This document shows positions 1 through 9,765 of a stretch of 64,000 bases of DNA, piece by piece (the first letter of the stretch is position 1; every line of letters begins with the position of its first letter). The stretch comes from an uncultured bacterium. Lineage in GTDB: Bacteria; Planctomycetota; UBA1135; GCA-002686595. Where the stretch lies: contig CALSNU010000003.1 in assembly GCA_943787795.1 (NCBI GenBank), positions 1 through 64,000 of the forward strand, in the 5' to 3' direction. The position numbers and the translations under genes were made by a program. The notes below the pieces were generated by a model. That model was not told where the DNA came from. It saw nothing but the letters and a program-made list of their open reading frames with translations, and searched no databases.

Positions 1-60
1 GCGTTCGCGTCGATATCGTGCTGGACGGCGGCAACTGCACGCGCCGCCGAGTATCCGATC

Positions 61-3000
61 ATGAACCACATCCCCTCCCCGATGGTCTGCCTCTCCCTCC
101 CCCGAGTCCTCCTCGCGAGCCTCGCCGCGGCCGCCGCCTCGGCTCCTGCCCTTGGCTCCGCTGCGCCGGCCTCGGCGCTCCCGTCCACCTCGCTCGCGGT
201 CTCATCCACCGACGGGACGCGGACCTCGATCCGGCTCCCGCGGAACCCGACCATCTCCCCGGACGGCCAGCGCATCGCCTTCGCGTGGCAGGACGACGTG
301 TGGACCGCGTCCGTCGATGGGGGCGAGGCCACGAGGCTCACCATCCACCCGGGGGACGACGGGACCCCGATGTTCAGCCCGGACGGCACGCTCGTCTACT
401 TCTCGAGCGACCGGTCGGGCCGCAAGCAGATCCACGTCTGCCCCTCCGAGGGAGGCGCCGCGACCCAGGTGACCTTCGACTCGGCGTCAAAGACCCTCCA
501 CGACATCACAGCGGACGGCGGGCACCTGCTGATCAGCCAGTCCACCGACCGGGGCTGGCACTACTCCGAGGCGGGCCGCGCGTTCCTCGTGGACGTCACC
601 GGCAAGACGCCCAAGCGCATGCTCTTCGACGCGGGGGTGCGGGACGCGGCCATCAGCCCCGACCAGACCAAGGTGCTCTTCTGCCGGGGCCGCTCGAACT
701 GGAATCGCAAGGGGTACCAGGGGCCGCAGGCCATGCAGCTTTGGCTCGCGGACCTCAGCACCGAGCCGGTGACGCTCACCCGCCTGGACTCGGACCGGGA
801 GCGCTTCCAGAACGTGGCCTCCATGGACCCCATGTGGTCCGCCGACGGCCAGACCGTGTACTTCAACAGCGACGCCGACGGGACGTTTGACGTGTATTCC
901 ATGCCGCTCTCCGGTGGAGACACCACGCGGGTCACCGACGTCGGCGCGGCCGACGGATCTGATGATGGCGTCGCGTTCCCCACGCTCGCGCGCAACGGGG
1001 GCAAGCTCCTGGTGCGCCGCCTCTTCGACCTCCAGGCCATCGACCTCAAGACCGGGGAGGGCTCGCCTATCGAGCTCTTCGCGGCCGGCGACGGGGTGGT
1101 GAGCCCCATGGAGCGGCGGTCCCTCAACAAGGCGGACCGGGTGGCGTTCACTCCGGACGGCAAGCAGATGGCCTTTGTCTCCGGCCAGGACCTCTGGGTC
1201 ATGGACCGGATCCTGAAGGAGCCGGTCCGGGTGACCCGCACGGCCAACGACGAGGCCTGGCCCGTGTTCAGCGCGGACGGGTCGACCCTCTACTTCGTGA
1301 CCGACAGCGGCGGCGAGGCCGACATCTGGGCCGCCACCCACGACCAGGAGGACGGCATCTGGTGGATGGCCGAGGACTTCAAGCTCCGCCAGGTCACCGA
1401 CGACCGCGCCGTGGAGTCGGACCTCCAGCTCAGCCCCGACGGCAGCCACATCGGCTACATCAAGGGCACCGACATCTTCGTCATGGACGACGACGGCACC
1501 GACCACCGACGCGTGGCCCAGATGTGGTCGAGCCCTGACTACGCCTGGTCGCCCGACGGGCGCTGGATCACCTACGTGACCCAGGACGACGACTACAACC
1601 CGGACGTGTTCATCGTGCCGCTCGACGGGACGCGGGAGCCCTTCAACCTGTCCCGCCACCCCGACTGGGACAGCAGCCCGTCCTGGTCCGGTGACGGCAA
1701 GCGCATCGCCTGGGTCGGCCGCCGAGACGGCGAGGAGGCCGACATCTACTACGTGGAGCTGACCAAGGCGTCGAGCGAGGCCACGAGCCGCGACGAGACC
1801 CTGGAGAAGGCGCTCAAGGCCATGGAGCCCAAGGGCGGCAAGTCCAAGAAGAGCGAGGCCATGCCCGACGCTGCGGACAAGAGCGCTGCGGACAGGAGCG
1901 CTGCGGACAGGAGCGCTGCGGACAAGGAGACTGCGGACGAGGAGACTGCGGACGAGGTAGCGGACGAGTCCGCCACGGAGAAGCCCGACGAGGACCTGGT
2001 GCAGATCGACTTCGATGGCCTCCTCGACCGGGTGCAGCGCTACCGGATCTCGGGCTCGACCGAGTCCAACCTGATCTGGGGCAAGGGCGGCGACACCCTC
2101 TGCTTCTCCGGCACGGTCGACGGCAAGCGCGGCTTCTACGCGGTGGAGTTCCCGAACCCCAAGGACCCCAAGCGCATCGCGTCGGTGCCCCTGGCCACGG
2201 ACCGCTGGATCGAGGATTCCAAGGAGTTCGTCGGGCTCACCATGGGCGTCCCGACCTCCATGAAGGCGAGCGGCGAGACCGAGGGCTTCACCTTCAGCGT
2301 CCGTACGACCGGGGACTGGCGCGAGGTGCGCCAGATCGCCTTCGACCAGGCCTGGCGCGCCATGCGCGATCGGTTCTACGACGAGGACTACAACAACCGC
2401 GACTGGTACGCGGTGCGCGCCAAGTACCGGCCCGTCGCGGCCGAGTGCCTGGGCGCCGCGGAGTTCAGCCACCTGTGCAACATGATGCTCGGGGAGCTCA
2501 ACGCTTCCCACATGGGCCACCGTGGCGGCAGCGACCCGCTGCCCAGCTTCGACGCCCAGAACGAGTGGTCGCCGACGACCTATCAGCTCGGCCTCCGCTA
2601 TGTGCTCGGGGCCGATGGCCCGGGCATGACGGTGGAGAGTGTGATCCCCGGGAGCCCCTGCAGCCTCGCGCGCAGCGAGGTCAAGGTGGGGGAGACGCTG
2701 CTCGCGATCGACGGCGAGCCCGTCGGCCCCGACGCAGACCTCGACGCCATGCTCACCCTCGAGCAGCTGCGGGACGTGGTGCTCACGGTCCGCTCCAAGG
2801 GCGGCGAGGAGCGCGAGGTGGCCGTGCGGCCCTCGACCAGCGTGGCGGGCCTGCTCTACGACGAGTGGGTGGAGAACACCCGCTCCAAGGTGGAGGAACT
2901 CTCTGACGGCAAGCTCGGGTACCTGCACATCAAGGGCATGAACTTCACGAGCTTCCGGCAGATGGAGGAGGACCTCTACCATGCGGGCGTCGGCAAGGAG

Positions 3001-3531
3001 GGCATGATCATCGACGTGCGCTTCAACGGCGGCGGGAGCACCACGGACCACGTGCTCACGGCGCTGACCCAGCCCGTCCACGCGATCACCCAATCCCGCG
3101 GCAGCGGGGAGGGCTACCCCCAGGACCGCAAGGTCTACGCCTCGTGGAGCAAGCCGATCGTGGTCATGTGCAACGAGCACTCCTTCTCCAACGCGGAGAT
3201 CCTCAGCCACGCGATCAAGCACCTCGGCCGCGGCCGGCTCGTGGGCATGCGCACCGCGGGCGGGGTGATCTCCACCGGCGGACAGAGCCTCCTGGACGGC
3301 AGCTTCATTCGCATGCCGACCCGCGGCTGGTACCTCGCCGGGAGCGGGGAGGACATGGAGCTCAACGGCTGCGAGCCGGACATCGCGTTCTGGAACGACC
3401 CGACCTGGGCCACCGCGGCCGGCACGGACGCCCAGCTGGAGCGCGCCGTGGAGGTGCTCACCGAGGACGTGGCCGCGGAGAAGGCCAAGCCGCGGGTCAA
3501 GCTCGTCCCGGCGGCGCGGCTCCGCCGCTGA
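61..3531 (+). CDS. Tricorn-type S41 family protease (PD40 beta-propellers, PDZ, S41 catalytic domain), secreted
   Basis: Signal-like N-terminus; repeated SPDG/WSPDG propeller motifs; IIDVRFNGGG and SFSNAEI (catalytic Ser); start may be ATG 82. Confidence 0.92.
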   Translation: MNHIPSPMVCLSLPRVLLASLAAAAASAPALGSAAPASALPSTSLAVSSTDGTRTSIRLPRNPTISPDGQRIAFAWQDDVWTASVDGGEATRLTIHPGDDGTPMFSPDGTLVYFSSDRSGRKQIHVCPSEGGAATQVTFDSASKTLHDITADGGHLLISQSTDRGWHYSEAGRAFLVDVTGKTPKRMLFDAGVRDAAISPDQTKVLFCRGRSNWNRKGYQGPQAMQLWLADLSTEPVTLTRLDSDRERFQNVASMDPMWSADGQTVYFNSDADGTFDVYSMPLSGGDTTRVTDVGAADGSDDGVAFPTLARNGGKLLVRRLFDLQAIDLKTGEGSPIELFAAGDGVVSPMERRSLNKADRVAFTPDGKQMAFVSGQDLWVMDRILKEPVRVTRTANDEAWPVFSADGSTLYFVTDSGGEADIWAATHDQEDGIWWMAEDFKLRQVTDDRAVESDLQLSPDGSHIGYIKGTDIFVMDDDGTDHRRVAQMWSSPDYAWSPDGRWITYVTQDDDYNPDVFIVPLDGTREPFNLSRHPDWDSSPSWSGDGKRIAWVGRRDGEEADIYYVELTKASSEATSRDETLEKALKAMEPKGGKSKKSEAMPDAADKSAADRSAADRSAADKETADEETADEVADESATEKPDEDLVQIDFDGLLDRVQRYRISGSTESNLIWGKGGDTLCFSGTVDGKRGFYAVEFPNPKDPKRIASVPLATDRWIEDSKEFVGLTMGVPTSMKASGETEGFTFSVRTTGDWREVRQIAFDQAWRAMRDRFYDEDYNNRDWYAVRAKYRPVAAECLGAAEFSHLCNMMLGELNASHMGHRGGSDPLPSFDAQNEWSPTTYQLGLRYVLGADGPGMTVESVIPGSPCSLARSEVKVGETLLAIDGEPVGPDADLDAMLTLEQLRDVVLTVRSKGGEEREVAVRPSTSVAGLLYDEWVENTRSKVEELSDGKLGYLHIKGMNFTSFRQMEEDLYHAGVGKEGMIIDVRFNGGGSTTDHVLTALTQPVHAITQSRGSGEGYPQDRKVYASWSKPIVVMCNEHSFSNAEILSHAIKHLGRGRLVGMRTAGGVISTGGQSLLDGSFIRMPTRGWYLAGSGEDMELNGCEPDIAFWNDPTWATAAGTDAQLERAVEVLTEDVAAEKAKPRVKLVPAARLRR
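1870..1968 (+). repeat. In-frame 15-bp tandem repeat (6 units plus a partial) encoding an AADKS/AADRS/TADEE linker
   Basis: gctgcggacaagagc, gctgcggacaggagc x2, gctgcggacaaggag, actgcggacgaggag, actgcggacgaggta. Confidence 0.9.
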
Positions 3532-3704
3532 GGGCCGGGCCGGGGTCCCCGTGGCGGAGATCCCGGCGCGAGGATCCCGGCGCTACCGGAGAGGGCGCGA
3601 CTCGCGCTCCTCCTGCGCGCCGCTTGGAGGGCGCGCGGAGCGTCCCGCGGCGCGGCTAGACGGCCGCGGAGGTCGCGGTTCGCGGGCGATCCGGCCTGGG
3701 GTTC

Positions 3705-4658
3705 CTATCGGCCGGGTGGGCTCGGCTGCGCCGCGATCCAGGGCTCAAGGGCTGCCAGGTAGAGGGCGCCCTGCCCATGGTAGGCGTCGGTGAACCACCC
3801 GACGTGTCCGACCTCCTCGGTGACGAGCGTGCACCTCACGGAACCGGCGGCGCGGTACTCACGGGCTTGCCCGGGCGGCGCGTGCCGGTCGTTGGCCCCG
3901 GAGAGGATCAGGATCGGGCAGCTGGCAGGGACCGACTCGAAGCCGCCCAGGGGAGAGGCATCCTCTGGCGTGCTGACGAACAGCGGGCCTGCGAGCTCGA
4001 GGGCCTTCGCGGCCAACCGGTCGAGGACCGGCGGGAGGTACATGGTCGTTCTCGCGCGGACCGCGGCCCCAAGGTCGGTGTAGGGCGACTCCAGGACGAT
4101 GCCACTGATCCGGGGCCAGGTGGAGCTCGGGACGCTGGGGGCCGCGTGGCAGATCGCAGCGGCGCCCAGGGAGGCGCCATGCAGGATCACCGCTGTCGGC
4201 CGTCGCGTCATCGCCCAGTCGAGCGCGGCGAGGGCGTCGAGGCGCGCCGACCAGCCGAAGTCATTGCGCTCCCCCGTGGCGTCACCGTGGGCGCGCTGGG
4301 TCGGGGCGATCGAGTTGTAGCCGAGGCTGGCCCAGGTGCGGGCCACCTGGAGCATGCCGCTGCGGCTGCTGCCATTCGGGTGGAGCAGGACCACCGTCGG
4401 CGCCGTCCCGTCCACGTCAAACGCCCACGCTGGAACGACGACGCCGTCCTGGGCCGTGAGTGAGATCGAGCTGGCCGTGGCCCAGCTCACCGAGGGGAGG
4501 CTCTCGAGCGTGAAGGGAACGCGGCGGGTGAGGCGCTCGCCCGCGGCGACGGCCAGCATCGCCAGCGAGAGCCCGGCGACCACGCACGCGGCGAAGCTCA
4601 GCGTCGCGAGTCGCCGCCGCCGCCTGGGGCGATGGGCGGGGCGTTCGGCAGAGGTCAT
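3705..4658 (-). CDS. Alpha/beta hydrolase with N-terminal membrane anchor
   Basis: VVLLHPNG, GASLG nucleophile elbow, D and H triad residues; start moved to ATG 4658, which has TATCCT 7 nt upstream. Confidence 0.85.
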   Translation of the reverse strand: MTSAERPAHRPRRRRRLATLSFAACVVAGLSLAMLAVAAGERLTRRVPFTLESLPSVSWATASSISLTAQDGVVVPAWAFDVDGTAPTVVLLHPNGSSRSGMLQVARTWASLGYNSIAPTQRAHGDATGERNDFGWSARLDALAALDWAMTRRPTAVILHGASLGAAAICHAAPSVPSSTWPRISGIVLESPYTDLGAAVRARTTMYLPPVLDRLAAKALELAGPLFVSTPEDASPLGGFESVPASCPILILSGANDRHAPPGQAREYRAAGSVRCTLVTEEVGHVGWFTDAYHGQGALYLAALEPWIAAQPSPPGR

Positions 4659-4917
4659 TTCAGGGAGGATAGGGGATCGGTCTCCACCGACCAAGCGGCC
4701 GGCCATGCGGCGGCTGCCGGGGCCGCGGCGCTGATGGCGGCGGGCGGGGCGTGCAGAATCCCACAAGTGGCCACGGGCTGGCTCTTCACCGTCGCGACAG
4801 GATCGTTCAGACTGCGCCGGCCCGGCGACGGTGCCCCAGGGGCGGTGCCGCAGGGGCGGCGGAGGAGGGTGCTCGCAGCCCAATCCCGGGGTCCTCGAGG
4901 GTGGGCCGGAGAACTCC

Positions 4918-5841
4918 ATGGCAGGACAGAACGGGCAGGGTCAATCGTCGGCGCGGGTCATCAAGAGGGGCCCCGGCCCCTTCGTGACCTGGTGCCAGCT
5001 GCAGCTCGGCAGCGGCGAGCACCTCGTCGCCCATTCCCGTCGCCATCGCAAGGGCCTCAGCCCGCACCGGGTCCAGGCGGAGGGCATGGCGAGCGAGCTC
5101 CCCGCGCTGAAGGCCCGCGCGTTCCGTCACCTGTGGGGTCTCAGCCGGCTGGGCTGGTGGGTCGCCGTGCTCTTCATCGTTGGGTCCGCGTGCTTCACCG
5201 TGGGCGCCTTCGCCGCGGCGTTTCCAGACGCCGCCCCAGGGCCCCTGACGGAGGACGTCTTCCTTGGTCGGCTGTTCGCCGTGGGGGCGGTGTTCTTCAC
5301 CGGGGCCGCGTGGCTTCAGTGGCTGGAGGTCCTCAACGGCGACGTCCAGGAGGCCCTGACACCCGGGCCTCTGCGCGGCTGGCGCTGGTTCGGGTGGCGA
5401 CCTCGGAACCTCGGCTACCTGGCCAGCACCGTCCAGCTCCTGGGGACCCTGCTCTTCAACGTCAGCACCCTCGCGGCGACGCGCCCCGAGCTATCAGCGA
5501 CGCAGGAGAGCCTGTGGATCTGGGCGCCCAACATGGCGGGCTGCGTTTGCTTCCTGGTCGCGAGCTACGCCGCGTTCGCCGAGGTGGCCCACGGCCCTCT
5601 TTCGTTCTCGCCTCACAGCCTCTCCTGGTGGATCGCGTCGATCAACATCGCAGGATCCGTGGCGTTCCAGGCCTCGGGCCTCACGGCATACGTCGGGGCC
5701 TCCCCGGGCGTGCTGTTCTGGTCCAACGTCTTCACCATGATCGGCGGCGGGTGCTTCCTCTTCGGCGCGTACCTCCTGATTCCCGAGCTGTTCGACGAGC
5801 TGGAAGCGGAGCCGGGAAGGCCGGAGACGTCCGCGCCCTGA
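4918..5841 (+). CDS. YrhK-like multi-pass membrane protein
   Basis: About 6 hydrophobic helices with repeated F-x-x-G-S/A-x-x-F motifs; start at ATG 4918 assumed. Confidence 0.7.
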   Translation: MAGQNGQGQSSARVIKRGPGPFVTWCQLQLGSGEHLVAHSRRHRKGLSPHRVQAEGMASELPALKARAFRHLWGLSRLGWWVAVLFIVGSACFTVGAFAAAFPDAAPGPLTEDVFLGRLFAVGAVFFTGAAWLQWLEVLNGDVQEALTPGPLRGWRWFGWRPRNLGYLASTVQLLGTLLFNVSTLAATRPELSATQESLWIWAPNMAGCVCFLVASYAAFAEVAHGPLSFSPHSLSWWIASINIAGSVAFQASGLTAYVGASPGVLFWSNVFTMIGGGCFLFGAYLLIPELFDELEAEPGRPETSAP

Positions 5842-5900
5842 GCCACCTTGGCGTGCCAAGGGCACGGGTGGGGGGGGGAGGCGGCGCGTGCATCCCAGCG

Positions 5901-6097
5901 GCGTGGAGTCTCAACCGCACGCGGGGTCTCAACGGCACGCGGGGTCCCAAGCATGCGCGGAGTTCCAGTCCCACGCCGGTTTCTATCCCACGAAGGGTCC
6001 CAATCCCACGAGGGGTCCCAGTCGCGCGTCAGGCTCTGCTCGCACGCGAGGTCTGGATCGCGCAACCGGCCTGTTCGGCGCAAAGGGTCCTCCGAGA
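5901..6097. repeat. Degenerate ~18-bp tandem array (~11 units) between convergent genes
   Basis: acgcggggtctcaacggc, acgcggggtcccaagcat, acgaagggtcccaatccc, acgaggggtcccagtcgc and others. Confidence 0.8.
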
Positions 6098-6115
6098 TGG
6101 CCAGGCCCGGCGCGC

Positions 6116-9076
6116 TCACTCAGGGATGACGGCGAGGGGCGATGCGAGGAGCTCGGTCATGGCGACGCGAGCGGGCGCGTAACTGTGGTCGAGGTCCAGG
6201 GCGATTCGGAACTCCGTCAGGGCCTCAGCGCCGCGACCCGCCTCGCGGGCCACCGATCCCCGCAGGAAGTGGAGGCGGGGCGACTCTCGTAGCTGGCCGG
6301 GGCTCGCCTGGCGCAGGAGACGGTCGACCTCACTGGTCCGCCCCTGAGCGATCAGGGCCTCGCCGGCTCGGTACAGCGCGCGGTCGTATCCGTGGTGCTC
6401 CAGCTCGTCGAGGTAGGCGTCGAGCGCCTCATCAGCGCGCCCGACCTGCTCCAGGCAGCGCCCCAGGCGGTAGCTGGTCTTGGGGCGCAGGGGGTCGAGC
6501 TCCACCGACCGTTCCAGCATGTCGATCGCCAGGTCGAACTTCGCGAGGTCCTCGAGCCGGCGGCCGGCCCGGGCGTAACCGCTCGCCGAGTCCAGATCGC
6601 CAGCCCACCGGAGGATCGCCTGCGCATAGGACTCACTCGTCATGCCATCGTGCCTGCTCAGCGCGGCGGCGAGGCGTCCCTTCAGGCTAGAGGAGTCGGA
6701 CAGGCGGAGGGTCGACATCAGCGCGAAGTCGTTGGCGTCCCAGCTGAAGTAGGGGGCCATGGCCTGGGCGACCTGGTCGAGGTCGAGGCGTGCCCCGATG
6801 CTCTCCTTGAGGCTTTCCAGGCCCCCGGACGGCGACTCGGCCATCAGGTGCTCCAGCGCCGGGAAGTCGAGCGTGTTCATCAGCCCGGAGGACGAGGTGC
6901 CGAATGCCTGTGCGTCCGGAGAGAGAACCAGGTACGGGAGGAGCCGCGAGGGGATGTCGTAGTTGGTCTTGAGGAACGAGTCCAGCCGCTGGTTCTCCAT
7001 GACGCCCTCGGCGCTGCGCGGGGCGATCGGGGCCTCGGAGCAAATCAGTAGGAAGTAGCCCGACCGGAGGTAGGCCAGCCAGCAGTGACCGAAGGCCGAG
7101 TCGATCGAGCGCAGGATGATATCGAGGCCCTCGTCGTTCAGCTTCCCGTCGATCCAGGTGACGTAGACCCCGTCGGGGGTGAGCTTCTTGCGGACGTGCT
7201 GGAAGAAGTCCGCCGTGTACAGCTTGGACGAGCTGAAGTAGAGCGGCGAGGTGACGGTGTTGAGGATCAGCGAGTACTGACGATCCACCGTGCGCACGAA
7301 CCGAATACCGTCCCCGTGGACCAGCGTCGTGTCTGGCTGCTCGGTGATGTCGAAGTTGTGCTCCCTCATCAGGTCGAGGTTGTCGAGGATCACCTGATTG
7401 ATCTCCACGGCGTCCGTCCTGTCGAAGAGGAGCCCGACAGTCCCGGCGGTGGCGCCGCTCCCCACGCCGAGGACCAGGGCGTCGTCCAGGCGAGGGGCGA
7501 AGATGGAAGAGACCGCGCCGACCGCCTTCTCCGCGATCGAGTTCAGGGACATGCTCACGTACCCGTTGATGAAGAAGCTCGGGGAGCCGCTCCGCTCGAT
7601 GATCGCGAACGTGTCCTGCGCTCCCTTGAAGCGCTGCGTCCGCTGCCGGTCGACCTTCGTGGACTCAAGGGCCTCGGTGCTGCCGAATGACCGGTGGCTG
7701 ACGTAGAGCAGCATCTCATCCCATGCGGGCAGCGCGAGGAACGCCGTCGAGAGGGCGAGCGAGCCGGCGACCACAAGCTCTCGAACGCGCCATCGCTGCA
7801 GGAGCAGGGCCAAGAGGAGCGTGGTGATGACAAAGAGCAGCAGCTGCCCGTAGTCCATGTGGGGGTGGAGCACCAAGGCCATGAGGAGGAAGCCCCCGGC
7901 GTTTGCAAACGAGGCGCACGCGAGCACGCGGCCGGACTCCACGGCGACGTCGGAGTGGCGGCGTAGCAGCGCAGGGACCGTGGCTCCGAAGCCGATGGAG
8001 GGGAGGAGCATCAGGGCGAAGGCGAGGCCGATCTTCAGGCCGACGAGCGTGCCGTGGTGCTCTGCGGCGTTGGAGAAGATCGATGCGTAGATCGCGGCCG
8101 AGGTCGGGAAGCTCCCCAGGAAGAGGACGACACCCCCTGCGGCGAGGAGGAGCGCGGCGCCGAAGGAGAGTCTGAGGTGAGAGACCGCCAGCGAGCCCAG
8201 GGTGATGCCGATGAGAGTGACCGCCAGGACGATCGCGAAGGTGTCGTTGAAGGGGCCATAGACCGCCTCGAACACCTTGATCATGGTCAGCTGGAACACC
8301 GCAGAGGCGGTGCTCGCCAGGGCCAACGCGACCATCACATGCCGGTGGACCGGGATCGGTGGGAGGGGCCTGGGCGCCTCGGCGCTGGCCGCGCCGGCGC
8401 GGTGGATCAGGTAGACGCCTGCGGCGACGAGGATGTTGAGTGATGCGAGCCCGAGCGTGGTGGCGCGGAGGCCGAACGAGCGCAGGACGATGAAGTGGAG
8501 AGCCAGCGCGGTCAGGGCAGCGCCGAGGTTGTAGAGGCCGTACGCGAAGGTGAAGACCTTGTCCGTTCGGACACTGGCGATCATCGCCGCGAAGATCGGG
8601 ATGCTGCACCCGATCAGGAGCGCGGGCGTCACGAGCAAGGCGAAGGCAGCGACCATCGGGGTCATCCCGAGCGAGTCGATCGATGACACCGCGTGGACGG
8701 CCTGGTCGATCCACTCGTAGGCCGCCGCGAAGAAGATGGCGTACACGCCGATGCCGAGCTCGATGGCCCACAGGTGTCGGCGCCAGCGGTGAGCGTGGAG
8801 GGTCCCGAGGCCGATCCCGAGCAGAAACGTCAGCAGGACGGTGGCGTTGACCGAGAAGGGGCTCCCCACGAGGTTGGCGAGCAACCTGGCGTAGAGGATC
8901 TCGTAGCTGATCCCACAGAACCCCGAGAGGAGGACGAGGGGGGCGAGGAGCCACGGAACTCCCGGGAACCTGCCGGGCTTTGGACCCTCAGAGGGGACGC
9001 TCTGCGAGGGAGCACCGACGCCAGGGGCCTGGTCGAGGGGGGGGACCTCGGTGGGGGACTGCGCGCTGGGGTTCAT
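6116..9076 (-). CDS. Multi-TM membrane domain fused to spermidine-synthase-like SAM-binding domain and C-terminal TPRs
   Basis: SGFCGISYEILYAR N-terminal motif, ~13 TMs, VLGVGSG..VEIN..DG SAM fold, TPR-like helices at the C-terminus. Confidence 0.85.
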   Translation of the reverse strand: MNPSAQSPTEVPPLDQAPGVGAPSQSVPSEGPKPGRFPGVPWLLAPLVLLSGFCGISYEILYARLLANLVGSPFSVNATVLLTFLLGIGLGTLHAHRWRRHLWAIELGIGVYAIFFAAAYEWIDQAVHAVSSIDSLGMTPMVAAFALLVTPALLIGCSIPIFAAMIASVRTDKVFTFAYGLYNLGAALTALALHFIVLRSFGLRATTLGLASLNILVAAGVYLIHRAGAASAEAPRPLPPIPVHRHVMVALALASTASAVFQLTMIKVFEAVYGPFNDTFAIVLAVTLIGITLGSLAVSHLRLSFGAALLLAAGGVVLFLGSFPTSAAIYASIFSNAAEHHGTLVGLKIGLAFALMLLPSIGFGATVPALLRRHSDVAVESGRVLACASFANAGGFLLMALVLHPHMDYGQLLLFVITTLLLALLLQRWRVRELVVAGSLALSTAFLALPAWDEMLLYVSHRSFGSTEALESTKVDRQRTQRFKGAQDTFAIIERSGSPSFFINGYVSMSLNSIAEKAVGAVSSIFAPRLDDALVLGVGSGATAGTVGLLFDRTDAVEINQVILDNLDLMREHNFDITEQPDTTLVHGDGIRFVRTVDRQYSLILNTVTSPLYFSSSKLYTADFFQHVRKKLTPDGVYVTWIDGKLNDEGLDIILRSIDSAFGHCWLAYLRSGYFLLICSEAPIAPRSAEGVMENQRLDSFLKTNYDIPSRLLPYLVLSPDAQAFGTSSSGLMNTLDFPALEHLMAESPSGGLESLKESIGARLDLDQVAQAMAPYFSWDANDFALMSTLRLSDSSSLKGRLAAALSRHDGMTSESYAQAILRWAGDLDSASGYARAGRRLEDLAKFDLAIDMLERSVELDPLRPKTSYRLGRCLEQVGRADEALDAYLDELEHHGYDRALYRAGEALIAQGRTSEVDRLLRQASPGQLRESPRLHFLRGSVAREAGRGAEALTEFRIALDLDHSYAPARVAMTELLASPLAVIPE

Positions 9077-9306
9077 CTTGAATATGCAGCCGGGTCTCCG
9101 CAGGCAGGCGGGGAGCGCGACTCGGCTCGGATTCCGCAGGTATCGACCACCGTCCGCCCCACAGGTTAGGCTTCTTACTAGTCCTCATCTGGCGCCACTG
9201 CCGTCGGCCACCGCGCTAGGAGCTCTTGCCTCTCGGGGTCATCCTGCGGACTCAGCGCGGCCAAATCACGTCAACTTGGGCCACAGGGTTGGCCGAAACC
9301 GAACCC

Positions 9307-9765
9307 ATGACGGAGAGGGAGACCAGCACCGGACGCCGCGCATCTGCAGGAGAGCGAATGGGAGTCTTCCTCTTCCTCGGCGCCACGCTCGTGGTGCCGC
9401 TGGTGGCCTGGGAGTGGTTCCCGTTCTCGGCGCCGACCATGTTCTCGGAGCGGCCCTCTTCGTATTGCCACTACCGCGTGTGGGATGAGAGCGGCGAGCG
9501 GGTCTCCCGGAGCGAGGTGGGGTTGCAATGCAATAACCCACACGACCCGCCGTTGATGACCTTCGGACGCCGGGGCTACGGGCGGCTCTCACCGGCGACG
9601 CTCAACCACTATGACGCGAGGCCGACGGTCGAGGAGATCCGCCAGCACGCCGAGGAGCGTGCGGAGGGGCGGCGGCTGGTCGTGCGGCGCAGGATCATCG
9701 GGGCGGTCGACGATGACCGGGTTGGCGTGGTGCAAGAGGACTTCATCGAGGTCGGGCAGCGATGA
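9307..9765 (+). CDS. Single-TM protein with EWFPFSAPTMFS motif, partner of the downstream HTTM-like protein
   Basis: One TM then a soluble domain; ATGA overlap with the next gene. Confidence 0.7.
   Translation: MTERETSTGRRASAGERMGVFLFLGATLVVPLVAWEWFPFSAPTMFSERPSSYCHYRVWDESGERVSRSEVGLQCNNPHDPPLMTFGRRGYGRLSPATLNHYDARPTVEEIRQHAEERAEGRRLVVRRRIIGAVDDDRVGVVQEDFIEVGQR

Noticed and set aside
487..3222. Long antisense ORFs (also 43151-45583, 53659-56049, 61231-63723, 15674-17371, 19373-21046)
   Set aside because: Shadow frames of well-supported genes, expected at high GC; no motifs
4787..4833. Riboswitch upstream of the YrhK-like gene (caccgtcgc..gcgacggtg stem)
   Set aside because: Only a 9-bp GC stem; no known aptamer consensus recognised
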